Source: an uncultured Gemmatimonadales bacterium (GTDB taxonomy: Bacteria > Gemmatimonadota > Gemmatimonadetes > Longimicrobiales > RSA9). From it: a stretch of 64,000 nucleotides of DNA. The notes under the pieces were generated by a model, which had not been told where the DNA came from, did not search any database, and was given only the letters and a program-made list of their open reading frames with translations. Position numbers and translations under genes: made by a program. The number at the start of each line of letters is the position of its first letter. Position 1 is the stretch's first letter. Shown in pieces: positions 1 to 9,270 of this stretch. Location of the stretch: assembly GCA_963798845.1 (NCBI GenBank), contig CAWCUS010000001.1, positions 704,001 to 768,000 of the forward strand, read 5' to 3'.

Positions 1-825
1 GTACTGCGCGGGATCGCGCTCATGGGCGTTGATCACGTCCAGCCCCCGCCAGTTCCAGAGCTGCATGTCCACCTGCCGGGGCCCATCCTGGTGGTAGCCC
101 GCGATGATCAGGCGGCCCCGGACCCGGGTCAGCCGCGCGGCCAGGTCCAGCGGTGCCTGCTTGCCCGTGGCCTCCACCACCACGTCGCACAGCGCGCCTC
201 CCGTCTCCTCCTCCACGGCCGCCACGGCAGAGTCCGGGGCCGACGCGTCCAGCGTCCGGAACGCGCCCACGCGCTCGGCCACGTCCCTGGCGTACTGCCG
301 CCTCGAGATCCCGATGACGCGCGCGCCCACGGATACCGCGAGCTGCGTCACCAGCGCACCCAGGAATCCGACTCCCACCACCGCCACGGTGCGACCCTCC
401 TCGATGCCACTGCGCTGGAACACGTTCATGGCGCACCCCAGCGGCTCGCCCGGGAAAGGCAGCGCGTCCAGCTCGGGAGGGAGTGGCACGACATCGGCCG
501 CCGGCACGGTGATCTCACCTGCGAACGCGTGGTCTCCAAGCGTCGCCACACGATCGCCTTTCCGCACGATCCGCACCTCGCGGCCCACGGCGACCACCAC
601 GCCCCAACCCTCGTGTCCGGGCTTCCCGGGCTCGAACGGGTAGTCGAACCACGGCGCACCTTCCCATGGGGCCAGGTTCGAGCCGCACACACCGCACCCC
701 TCGAGCCGGATCACCACGTCCCGCGGGCCCGGAGCCGGGAGCACGACGTCCTCCATCTCGACTCGCCCCGGCTCCACCAGCACCGCCGCACGCGTCACCG
801 ATGGCGCAGACCGCTCCATCTTCAT
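1..825 (-). CDS. Zinc-binding (MDR family) alcohol/sugar dehydrogenase, 3' end runs off the window
   Basis: Own translation (not in ORF track): MKMERSAPSVTRAAVLVEPGRVE..GCGVCGSN..GHEGWG..EPLGC..VVGVGFLG; GHE and GxGxxG motifs. Confidence 0.85.
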   Translation of the reverse strand, partial: MKMERSAPSVTRAAVLVEPGRVEMEDVVLPAPGPRDVVIRLEGCGVCGSNLAPWEGAPWFDYPFEPGKPGHEGWGVVVAVGREVRIVRKGDRVATLGDHAFAGEITVPAADVVPLPPELDALPFPGEPLGCAMNVFQRSGIEEGRTVAVVGVGFLGALVTQLAVSVGARVIGISRRQYARDVAERVGAFRTLDASAPDSAVAAVEEETGGALCDVVVEATGKQAPLDLAARLTRVRGRLIIAGYHQDGPRQVDMQLWNWRGLDVINAHERDPAQY

Positions 826-839
826 GGCGACACCCGCCC

Positions 840-1916
840 TCACGACACCGCCTTCAGACGCCCCGTCCGCCGCAATGCCGGCGCCCGCGGCGCGTCGGAG
901 GCCTCCGACGACTCCAGCCACGCCACCAGCCGCTCCAGCCCCTCGTTGACGCTCACCCGGGGCCGCCATCCGAGCCGGTTACGGATCTTGTGCGTGTCCG
1001 ACACGTAGACGCGCTGGTCGCCCGGGCGCCAGGCTGCCGTGCGGAGCGGGACCTGCCGGCCCGTGATCTGCCCGAGGCGATCCACGACTTCGCGCACCGA
1101 AACGGCGTTCCTCGGTCCGCCGCCCACGTTGAAGATCTCCCCCGCCGTAGTGTCGGCGCGGTCGAGGGCTGAGCGCATGGCCCGGACCAGATCTCCCACC
1201 CAGAGCACGTCCCGGACCTGGTCCCCATCACCGTAGATGGTGATCGGCTCGTCACCCAGGATCGCGCGCGCGAAGTGCGCCACCCACCCCTGGTCTTCCG
1301 TCCCCCACTGACGGTGACCGAAGATGCAGCTCATGCGGAAGACCACGGTGGGCACGTCATAGATGCGCGCGTAGTCTCGGACGTACTGGTCGGCCGCGCC
1401 CTTGGAGCAGCCGTACGGAGAGTGGAAGTCCAGCGGGGCGTCCTCGCCCACGCCCTTGCGCCCGCCCGCGAAGATGTAGCGGTCGCCGTCGTGTTCGACG
1501 CCGAACCCCTCCAGCGCGCCGTAGACCTTGTTCGTGGACGTGAACAGGATGGCCGGCGGCCGCTCCATCTTCCGGGCGGCTTCCAGGATGTTGAACGTCC
1601 CGCCCAGGTTCGTCCGGAAGTCCTCGACCGGGTCTTCCAGCGAGGTGGTCACGGCCACCTGCGCGGCCAGGTGGAAGACGCGGCGGGCGCCGCGCACCAG
1701 CCGTTCCACCAGATCCGAGTCGCCCACGTCCCCCACTTCCAGCCGGGCGGCGCCGTCGTAGCGGCGTTTCAGCCATTCCGCGTTCCGGACCACACCCGGC
1801 CGCGACAGGTTGTCGAGGAGCACGACATCCTCACCATCCCGCAGGTGCGCGTCGGCCAGGTTCGAGCCGATGAAGCCGGCACCACCCGTGATCAACGTGT
1901 ATCCTTTCCCGTTCAT
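840..1916 (-). CDS. NAD-dependent epimerase/dehydratase (CDP-paratose 2-epimerase-like extended SDR)
   Basis: ITGGAGFIGSNL, STNKVYG, YGCSK, FRMSCIFG..QWGTEDQGWVAHF. Confidence 0.9.
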   Translation of the reverse strand: MNGKGYTLITGGAGFIGSNLADAHLRDGEDVVLLDNLSRPGVVRNAEWLKRRYDGAARLEVGDVGDSDLVERLVRGARRVFHLAAQVAVTTSLEDPVEDFRTNLGGTFNILEAARKMERPPAILFTSTNKVYGALEGFGVEHDGDRYIFAGGRKGVGEDAPLDFHSPYGCSKGAADQYVRDYARIYDVPTVVFRMSCIFGHRQWGTEDQGWVAHFARAILGDEPITIYGDGDQVRDVLWVGDLVRAMRSALDRADTTAGEIFNVGGGPRNAVSVREVVDRLGQITGRQVPLRTAAWRPGDQRVYVSDTHKIRNRLGWRPRVSVNEGLERLVAWLESSEASDAPRAPALRRTGRLKAVS

Positions 1917-1925
1917 GCTTTCCTC

Positions 1926-3050
1926 TCAGAATGCGAGACCGCGAGCGGCCAGGTCGGCCACGTGCTCGCCCGCCTTCGACTGGGGAGGCTCCTGCTCCCG
2001 CAGCCATCCCATCAGCTCCGTCATCCCTTCCTCCAGCGACACCTGCGGGGCGTAGCCGAGCAGCTCCCTGGCCCGCGTGATGTCCGCCGTGCAGTGGCGG
2101 ACATCGCCCACGCGGTAACGGCCCGTGACCTCCGGCTCGATGTCCACGTCCAGTACATCTGCCAGCATCCGAGCCACCCCCAGGATCGTGACCGGGGAGC
2201 CCGAGCCGACGTTCAGCACCTCACCAACCGCCTCCTCCCGCTCCGCCGCCAGCAGGAGCGCCCGCACGATGTCGTGAACGGAGACGAAGTCCCGCTGCTG
2301 GGCTCCGTCCTCGTAGATCAGCGGGGGCTCGCCGTTCAGCAGCCGCGACGAGAAGATCGCCACCACGCCGGTATACGGGTTGGACAGGGCCTGGCGGGGC
2401 CCGTAGATGTTGAAGAAGCGGAGCGCCGTGACGGGGATGTCGTACGCCTCGCCGATGATCAGCGACGCCTGCTCCTGGTCCTTCTTGGTGAGCGCGTAGA
2501 TCGAGGTGGGGTCCAGCGGCTTTCCCTCATCCGTAGGCACGGGGTAGAGCTCCGTGCCGTCCGCGTCGCGCAGCTCCCACCGGTGCCGCTTCAGCTCCTC
2601 GGGCCGCCGACGGCGGGTCAGCGGCTCGCGCCCGTCCGGCCGGCGGTAGCGGCCTTCCCCGTAGATCGACATGGAGCTGGCCACCACGAGCCGCGGATCC
2701 AACTTCCGGTCCACCAGCGTCTGGAGCAGGTTGGCGGTACCCTGGGTGTTCGTCTCCGTGTAGTCCGCCACCTGGTACATGGACTGTCCGACCCCCACCG
2801 CCGCGGCCAGGTGGTAGACGACCTCGACGCCGCCGTCCAGCGCAGCTTCCCAGGCCGAGCGGTCCCGCACGTCCCCTCGAACCAGCTCCGCGTCCGGCGA
2901 CAGCCAGGCAGGCGGCTGCCGGTCGGGCCCGTGCACCTGCGGGTCCAGGCTGTCCAGCACGCGCACTCGATCGCCTCGCGCCACCAGCGCGTCCACCAGG
3001 TGGCTGCCGACGAACCCGGCGCCTCCCGTGACCAGCACGTGCCGGCTCAC
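1926..3050 (-). CDS. NAD-dependent epimerase/dehydratase
   Basis: VTGGAGFVGSHL, YALTK, LRFFNIYGPRQALSNPYTGV; GTG start overlaps upstream stop (GTGA). Confidence 0.9.
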   Translation of the reverse strand: MSRHVLVTGGAGFVGSHLVDALVARGDRVRVLDSLDPQVHGPDRQPPAWLSPDAELVRGDVRDRSAWEAALDGGVEVVYHLAAAVGVGQSMYQVADYTETNTQGTANLLQTLVDRKLDPRLVVASSMSIYGEGRYRRPDGREPLTRRRRPEELKRHRWELRDADGTELYPVPTDEGKPLDPTSIYALTKKDQEQASLIIGEAYDIPVTALRFFNIYGPRQALSNPYTGVVAIFSSRLLNGEPPLIYEDGAQQRDFVSVHDIVRALLLAAEREEAVGEVLNVGSGSPVTILGVARMLADVLDVDIEPEVTGRYRVGDVRHCTADITRARELLGYAPQVSLEEGMTELMGWLREQEPPQSKAGEHVADLAARGLAF

Positions 3051-3853
3051 CGGAAGCCTCCCCCTAGCCGTGACGGCCCCGGCGGCTCGGCTCCGCCCGG
3101 CCCCGGCGCGCAGAAGTAGATGCCGGGGCCGGGGTGCGCCTCGATGCGGAAGTCCGCCGCGCGGAGGAGGGCGGCCGCCGCCGAGTCGTTGGCGACCCAC
3201 CAGTTCGTCGGGTCGTCCGCGTACCGGTGCTCGATGAAATGGAGACGGGGGAAGCGCGGGTCGTCGAAGACGTCGGTCTCCTCGAACGGGTAGTCGGCGG
3301 CGGGCTCCATGGTGTCGGTCTCTCCGCGCACGAGCGTCTGAAAGACCAGTCGCTCGCCGACGACCCGACGCACCCGGTCCAGCCCCAGCAGCGGATGCCG
3401 GAGGTGGTACAGGACGCCCATGAACACGACGTAGTCGAAAGTGCGCGCGAGATCGGGCACGTCGTACGCGTCCATCTCCACGAACTCGACGGCCCCGTGC
3501 CCCAGGACCTCGGCGGCATAGCGCGCCTGCGCCAGGTAGCGCGGGTTGTGGTCCACCCCGGTCACGTCCGCGCCCCGCGCGGCCAGCTGGAACGAGTAGA
3601 ACCCGGCGTTGCACCCTACATCCAGCACGCTCTTCCCCCGCATGTCCTCGGGGAACGCGGGCGAAACCGTGGCCCAGAGGTCCCTCAGGAAGTTGCCCAG
3701 CGGGTGTCCCGGCGCCGTCCGGACGCCGGAGAGGTCCAGGTCATGGAACCAGGGCCCCAGCGCCTCCACCTCGCCCCTGATCCGCTGGCGCGTCCGGGCG
3801 CTCTCCACCGCCTCCCGCCCTCCTCGTTCCACTCTCACGACATCGCCGGCCAT
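3047..3853 (-). CDS. SAM-dependent methyltransferase (TIGR04290-like)
   Basis: PWFHDLDL..TAPGHPLG, VLDVGCNAGFYS, FMGVLYHLRHPLL, YADDPTNWW. Confidence 0.85.
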   Translation of the reverse strand: MAGDVVRVERGGREAVESARTRQRIRGEVEALGPWFHDLDLSGVRTAPGHPLGNFLRDLWATVSPAFPEDMRGKSVLDVGCNAGFYSFQLAARGADVTGVDHNPRYLAQARYAAEVLGHGAVEFVEMDAYDVPDLARTFDYVVFMGVLYHLRHPLLGLDRVRRVVGERLVFQTLVRGETDTMEPAADYPFEETDVFDDPRFPRLHFIEHRYADDPTNWWVANDSAAAALLRAADFRIEAHPGPGIYFCAPGPGGAEPPGPSRLGGGFR

Positions 3854-4018
3854 TCGCTCCCCGTCCTCGATGAAACCGAGCCGCGACCGGGGCTGGCGGC
3901 ATCGCTCATGGACGTAAAAATGCGAGCCTCGGCCCAGCTGCCACCGTGGCTCGTTTGTTCAAAACCGCGGTGCGGCCCGCTGCGTCAGCAGCTACCGCCC
4001 GTGTGCTGAAAACCTCAA

Positions 4019-4035
4019 CGCAAAGTCTCTGCCAA
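4019..4035 (-). promoter_or_regulatory. Candidate sigma54 (-24/-12) promoter for the methyltransferase/epimerase operon
   Basis: Minus strand TTGGCAGAGACTTTGCG = GG-N10-GC, close to TGGCAC-N5-TTGC, in an AT-richer intergenic region. Confidence 0.6.
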
Positions 4036-4154
4036 CAACGCAGAACGCGTATGTAGATGGCTGATCGGCCTGTGATTCCGGTGCAGAACGGGGCTCGCCA
4101 GGGTGCTATGATCGGCTGACGGCGGTGTGAAACGGAGGGTGTGGCCGGATGGCC

Positions 4155-4475
4155 TCAGGCGACCTGCGTGCCCTCGTGGGTGGAGGCTTCCTCGCCCGCG
4201 GCTCCGGCACCGTCACCGGCGTCGAGGTCCGTCTCCGGCTCGTCGGGGAGGACGCGGCCGTCGCTCCCGAGGTGCCGGGCTGCAACAGGGTGAAGCTCCT
4301 TGAGCTTCCCCTGGACGTGCTCGAGATGCGGGAGAATGTGCGCGCGGTAGCAGGCCGGGCAGAGATAGAAATAGCCGTGGCCGGGGCGCAGGTCAATGAA
4401 GGGGCCGAACCACAGCGTCATGAGCCCGATCATCTTTCGCGGGTTCGAGGACCCGCACCGCTGGCACAGCGGCAT
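4155..4475 (-). CDS. Small hypothetical protein with CxxC...CxxC
   Basis: MPLCQRCGS...YLCPACY; GGAGG upstream of ATG. Confidence 0.6.
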   Translation of the reverse strand: MPLCQRCGSSNPRKMIGLMTLWFGPFIDLRPGHGYFYLCPACYRAHILPHLEHVQGKLKELHPVAARHLGSDGRVLPDEPETDLDAGDGAGAAGEEASTHEGTQVA

Positions 4476-4595
4476 CGCCACACCCACCTCCCGGCGAAGG
4501 ACCATCCCTCAATTTCGCCGGTTGCTGCCCGGAGCAAAAGACTGGCGGGGCGGGCGCCGGTGGGGTCGCGGCGCGTTGGCGGCGCTTTGGCTCGC

Positions 4596-6272
4596 TCAGC
4601 GCCCGCTCACCACCAGGATCTCGCCTTCGCGCAGCGGGCGCGCCTGGCCCAGGGAATTCCACCGCACGAGGTCGGCGATCTCGACCCCGTACCGGCGTGC
4701 GATGGACGTCAGCGTCTCGCCCCGCGCGACCTTGTGGCGCTCCGGCCCCGGCGGCAGAGTGCGGATCACTTCTCCGGCCTTCAGCGGGCGAGGTTCCGAC
4801 ATGCCGTTCCAGCGGACCAGGTCGTCCAGGGCCACTCCCAGCGACTGGGCCAGCTCGCTCATGGTGTCACCGGACCGAACCCGGTAGCGCTCCTCCCCCG
4901 CGAGCCGCTTCGGCGCCGCAGTGGGCGGCGTCGCGGTAGCCGGGATCGCGGTGGCGGCGGGCGAGCCGCCGGAGCGGCCCGGCACCGAGGGACGGCTCGC
5001 GACGGCAAGCTCGGAGTCCGTGACGACGCGGCGCTCGACCAGCAGCCGCTTGCCGGGCCGAATGACGTCCCGGACGCCCGGGTTCAGGGCGCGCAGCTGC
5101 TTGACCGTGATCCCGTGCGCGTGCGCGATGCGCCAGAGCGAGTCTCCGCTCTTCACCACCACCCACGCCTCCCGGTATTCGGGCAGGATGCGGTCTTCCA
5201 GCGGTAGCGCCGCCAGCCGCTGTGCGAACTCCGGCGCGAGTGCGCCCACGGGAACGCGCACCGGGTACTCGGGCCCGGGAGGGGCGGCGCCCCTGATCAG
5301 GTGCGGGTTCAATGCCTTGATCTCGTCCGCGTCCGCCCCCGCCGCGCGCGCCACGGCGCTCAACCGCGTCCGGCCGGGCACCATGACGGTGTCGAACGCC
5401 AGCGGCGCCTCGTCCTCGATGTCGGCGAAGCCGTACCGCTCCCGGTTCCTCGCGACGTGCGCGGCGGCGAGGATCAGGGGCACGTATCGGCGGGTCTCCG
5501 GCGGGAGGCGCCCCGCGCGAACGAGGTCGAAGTACCCGGCGCCGGAGCCGTCCTGGGCGCGTCGCACACGGCCGAGCCCCGCGTTGTACGCCGCGGCGGC
5601 GAGCGCCCAGTCGCCCAGCTCCCGGTGCAGCACCCCCAGGTGCACGACTGCTGCGCGCGTGGCCGCCACGGGATCTCTCCGCTCGTCCACCCAGTCATCG
5701 ATGCGCAGTCCGGAGAGGCGCCCGGTGCTCCGCATGAACTGCCACAGCCCCACGGCCTTCGCCCGCGATACGACGGTGGCGGAGAACCCGCTCTCCAGCA
5801 TGGCCAGGTACAGCAGCTCCTCCGGCAGCCCCGCCGACCGCAGCTCCCCCACGATCAGATCGCGGTAGCGGGATTCACGCGCCAGCCACTTGCCGAAATT
5901 CTCCCGCGCCCTGCCGGCGTGGAAAAGCTCGACATCCTGGCGCACTTCCTCCTCCACCTCCGGCGGCAACGCTCCGGCCTCCCCCGTGAACAGCCCGTTC
6001 AGGGTCAGCGCTTCCGCCGCCGCGTCCTCATCCAGCCCGGCGTCCGCGACGGACGCGTCGTCGGGCATCGCGTCCGCCAGCTCCTCCAGACCGGCCGGGT
6101 TTCCCGTGCCGTCCACGGAGCCGTCGAGGAACGGCGCCTCTTCCACGTCCGTCGTCTCCCCGCTGGCCGGCTCGGGCACCGGACCCGCCATTCGCACGCC
6201 CCCGCAGCCGGCGAGCGCGAGGCTGAGCACCAGCGTGAGCGGGGGACTGCGTCGTCCTTCGAATGCAGGCAT
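4596..6272 (-). CDS. MltD-like lytic transglycosylase lipoprotein with LysM repeats
   Basis: Lipobox LAGC; LAMLESGF, AVGLWQFM, AAYNAG, ETRRYVP; three LysM units (VKSGDSL, VRSGDTM, VARGETL); start uncertain. Confidence 0.9.
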   Translation of the reverse strand: MPAFEGRRSPPLTLVLSLALAGCGGVRMAGPVPEPASGETTDVEEAPFLDGSVDGTGNPAGLEELADAMPDDASVADAGLDEDAAAEALTLNGLFTGEAGALPPEVEEEVRQDVELFHAGRARENFGKWLARESRYRDLIVGELRSAGLPEELLYLAMLESGFSATVVSRAKAVGLWQFMRSTGRLSGLRIDDWVDERRDPVAATRAAVVHLGVLHRELGDWALAAAAYNAGLGRVRRAQDGSGAGYFDLVRAGRLPPETRRYVPLILAAAHVARNRERYGFADIEDEAPLAFDTVMVPGRTRLSAVARAAGADADEIKALNPHLIRGAAPPGPEYPVRVPVGALAPEFAQRLAALPLEDRILPEYREAWVVVKSGDSLWRIAHAHGITVKQLRALNPGVRDVIRPGKRLLVERRVVTDSELAVASRPSVPGRSGGSPAATAIPATATPPTAAPKRLAGEERYRVRSGDTMSELAQSLGVALDDLVRWNGMSEPRPLKAGEVIRTLPPGPERHKVARGETLTSIARRYGVEIADLVRWNSLGQARPLREGEILVVSGR

Positions 6273-6459
6273 GGGCAATCGGGTTCGGGCTGCGCGACCG
6301 GAAAGAACAAACATCTCGGCGGCACCCCGCTCCACCGCAAGTACCACGGGCCACACCGTGGTCGGCCGGCCGGAAACTGCCGCGGCGAGCGCAGGCGCAC
6401 TCCACCCGGACCGACGCGGCCGGTCGGGCAGCCGGACGGCGTGGCCAGCCGGGGCCGTC

Positions 6460-9270
6460 TCAGACGCCGGAGTCCGGGTCGCTCAGGTAGCCCACCGCCT
6501 CGTCCTGGTCGCCGTTCATGAGGACGCGGAGGATGCGCCCGTTGGCCACGGCGCGAACGTCGATGACGCGCAGCGCAGAGGCAACGTGGTCGAACTCGGG
6601 CAGCAGCTCGGAGAGCACACTGGGCGAGTCCCTGAAGAACGCTTCGCTGAAGCGGTTTTCCGGTTCATCGGGGTAGAGCGGCAGGTAGCGGATGTCCGCC
6701 TCCACCAGGTCCTGGAAGAAGTGGGTGCCGAACGAGAGGTCGGGGACGTAGCTCCCCTTCCGCCGGGCGATCTCGGCGAGCATGGCCGTGTTGTTGATGT
6801 CGGCGTACGTCACGCTGACGCCCAGGTGGATGTCGCCGCGGCTCCCCCAGCGTCCGGGCCCCATGAGGATGAAGCGGCGCCGGGGCAGGAGCTTGTTGAG
6901 GCGGCCCACGGCGCGCCCGACATCGAGGAGGTGCTTGCGCTCGGTCAGCTCGGCGTAGCCGTCGGGGTCTACATAGACCACGTGGGTGAGCTCCGGCGCG
7001 CTGCCGTTGGAGATGTGCCGGTGGGCAGTAAAAAGGACGCGCTCGTCGGCCAGGTCGCGCGGGATGAGCGCGCCGATCGCGCTCCCCGGCGTGGACTGGG
7101 GGCGACACTGGAGGAGGTAGAAGTTGTCGCCGTCGGAGGCGAACTCCAGGTCCACCGGCATGCCGAGGCGGGTCCCGAGCACGTCCAGGAGCGTGGCCAC
7201 CTGCGCCATGAACGGGGAGTCGGCGGTCAACCCCTCGAACGTGACCACGGCGTCCTCCTTCTCGAAGTCCACGCTCAGCCCGCGTGGCCGGCGGAGGCGG
7301 CCGTGCTCCAGGATCGACACCATCTTCTTCACCTGCGGCAGCGAGCGGCCGCACTCGCGAAGCAGGCGCTCCACGGGCACCGTCTCCAACTCGTTGGACT
7401 CGAGGTTGATGACGTCCATGAAGCGCGGCGCATAGCGAACCATCTCGTCCACCGTGGTGTTCACCCGCAGCCCCGGCTGGCGCGGCGCGAGCAGGACGGA
7501 GTAGTCGTCGCTGGTGCGGTCGACGGCGCGCGTGCCGAGTCCCGGGACCAGCCGCACCAGCCCGTCGTCCCGCCGGATCCGCGGCGACCACCGGAACTCG
7601 TTGTGGCTCAGCGCCACCCCGGAGTACACGGGGAGGAAGTAGGGCCCCACCCGCTTGCCCACCACCTCCTGGATCATGATCCCCATCTCCTCGTGGACGT
7701 CGAGGAGGCCGCGCGCCGCGCGGTACTCGATCGGGTCCGGGGCGAAAATGGAGGCGTACACCTCGGCGACGGCGTCCTGGAGCGCGCTCAGCCGCTCCGC
7801 CTTGCTCCCCTGGTTGGCCAGGAACAGGCTCTTGTATTTGCCGCTGAACGCCGACCCGGTCCGGTCCTCGAGCAGGCTCGAGCTACGCACGATGAGGGGC
7901 ACATCGCCCAGATCGTCCAGCGCCGCGGACAGCCCTTTCTCCAGCTCGGCCGGGAACGCCGCGCTCTTGAACACCTGCACCACGTGCGGATACTGCTGCC
8001 GCACCTGGTCGATTTCGAGGTACTTGTGGTCGTAGATGTCGTCCAGGTTGTTGTACCGGACGAAGGCCAGGACGGCGTCCGAGGCGACGTACCAGGTGCG
8101 CGGCACGCGCACGTTCGCCAGCACGCTCTGGAACTCGGGTGAGCTCTCCACCACGCGCTGCGCCAGGAACACGCCCGCGCTCTTCCCGCCGAGCCGGCCG
8201 TGGCTGCCGTGGGGGGCGAGGAGGTGACGGGCAAGGCGGTGGAAGTCGGCCACGTTCACGAGACCGCGCGCGGTGTTGATGAAGCCGATCTGGTCCGTGA
8301 AGAAGCGGCGCAGCAGCGCCACGCGCAGCATGATCTGCACCGAGTGCGGGAGCTCCGCCTCCTCGACGCCCAGCGCCTGGAAGCGCTCCAGCGCTTCCGT
8401 GATCGCCCCCAGCGACGATCCCTGGTCCTCGAGCAGATGGATCAGGAAGCTCGCTTTGTCCTGGCTGATCCACATCTGGATATGCCCGAGGATCTCGTCC
8501 TCCGGCAGGTGCTCCGCCGCCACCCGGAACACCTCGTCCGTCGGCGGCGATGCCGACCCGGGCGTCACCCGCGACAGCGGTCGGTTCTCGTCCAGATCCG
8601 GGTCAGGCGCCTCCTCCTTCGCCGCCCCGGGCACCAGCGCGTCCGCCTTCGCCACGCCCCGCCAGCGGAGGTGGTTCAGCATCTTGCGCGTGATCCACTC
8701 CACGAGCGCCGGGTCCGTGCGACGCAGGAAATCCACGATCACCCGCCACTTCGCCCGCCGCTCCTGCCCGAACCACTCCACGGTCCGGCTCCGGCGCAGC
8801 TCTCTGGCCTCCGCCATCTCGCGCCGGATCATGAAGAAGGCGAAGCGCTCGGCCAGCGCTCGGAGCAGCTGTTGCTCCTCTTTCAGGAAGGGCCCGTCGT
8901 CGGCCTCCGGGCGAGGCTCCGTGTAGAAGACGCTCAGCTCGCCCACGGTCTCGTCCCCGATCACGATCGGGGCGCGCTGGACCCACTGCGTCTCCCTTGA
9001 GCCGGGCGCGCGGAACTCACGGCCGCGCACCGTCAGCGTCGGCTGCATGACCTCCGGATGCTGCCAGCCCTCGGGGAGGGCCTCGAGCGCCCGTCGGAAC
9101 AGCTCGTCCTCGGGCTCGTTCCGGCTCAGGATGTCGTCCACCCGATAGAGACAGCTCAGCTCCTTCGCACGCTCCCGGAGCGCGCCGACGGACGAATCGT
9201 CCGTGACTCCGTCGCGGTCGTCGCCCTTCTGCGCCTCCGTCTCGCCGGAACGATGCTGCTCTTGGCTCAT
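6460..9270 (-). CDS. PEP/pyruvate-binding (PPDK N-terminal-like) domain protein with N-terminal GAF-like sensor module
   Basis: LRERAKELSCLY..PEGWQHPE..GPFLKEE N-terminus; GRLGGKSAG, LIVRSSSLLEDRTGSAFSGKY, GLGTRAVD, PGRWGS, SFGTHFFQDL; ATGA overlap with upstream gene. Confidence 0.85.
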   Translation of the reverse strand: MSQEQHRSGETEAQKGDDRDGVTDDSSVGALRERAKELSCLYRVDDILSRNEPEDELFRRALEALPEGWQHPEVMQPTLTVRGREFRAPGSRETQWVQRAPIVIGDETVGELSVFYTEPRPEADDGPFLKEEQQLLRALAERFAFFMIRREMAEARELRRSRTVEWFGQERRAKWRVIVDFLRRTDPALVEWITRKMLNHLRWRGVAKADALVPGAAKEEAPDPDLDENRPLSRVTPGSASPPTDEVFRVAAEHLPEDEILGHIQMWISQDKASFLIHLLEDQGSSLGAITEALERFQALGVEEAELPHSVQIMLRVALLRRFFTDQIGFINTARGLVNVADFHRLARHLLAPHGSHGRLGGKSAGVFLAQRVVESSPEFQSVLANVRVPRTWYVASDAVLAFVRYNNLDDIYDHKYLEIDQVRQQYPHVVQVFKSAAFPAELEKGLSAALDDLGDVPLIVRSSSLLEDRTGSAFSGKYKSLFLANQGSKAERLSALQDAVAEVYASIFAPDPIEYRAARGLLDVHEEMGIMIQEVVGKRVGPYFLPVYSGVALSHNEFRWSPRIRRDDGLVRLVPGLGTRAVDRTSDDYSVLLAPRQPGLRVNTTVDEMVRYAPRFMDVINLESNELETVPVERLLRECGRSLPQVKKMVSILEHGRLRRPRGLSVDFEKEDAVVTFEGLTADSPFMAQVATLLDVLGTRLGMPVDLEFASDGDNFYLLQCRPQSTPGSAIGALIPRDLADERVLFTAHRHISNGSAPELTHVVYVDPDGYAELTERKHLLDVGRAVGRLNKLLPRRRFILMGPGRWGSRGDIHLGVSVTYADINNTAMLAEIARRKGSYVPDLSFGTHFFQDLVEADIRYLPLYPDEPENRFSEAFFRDSPSVLSELLPEFDHVASALRVIDVRAVANGRILRVLMNGDQDEAVGYLSDPDSGV

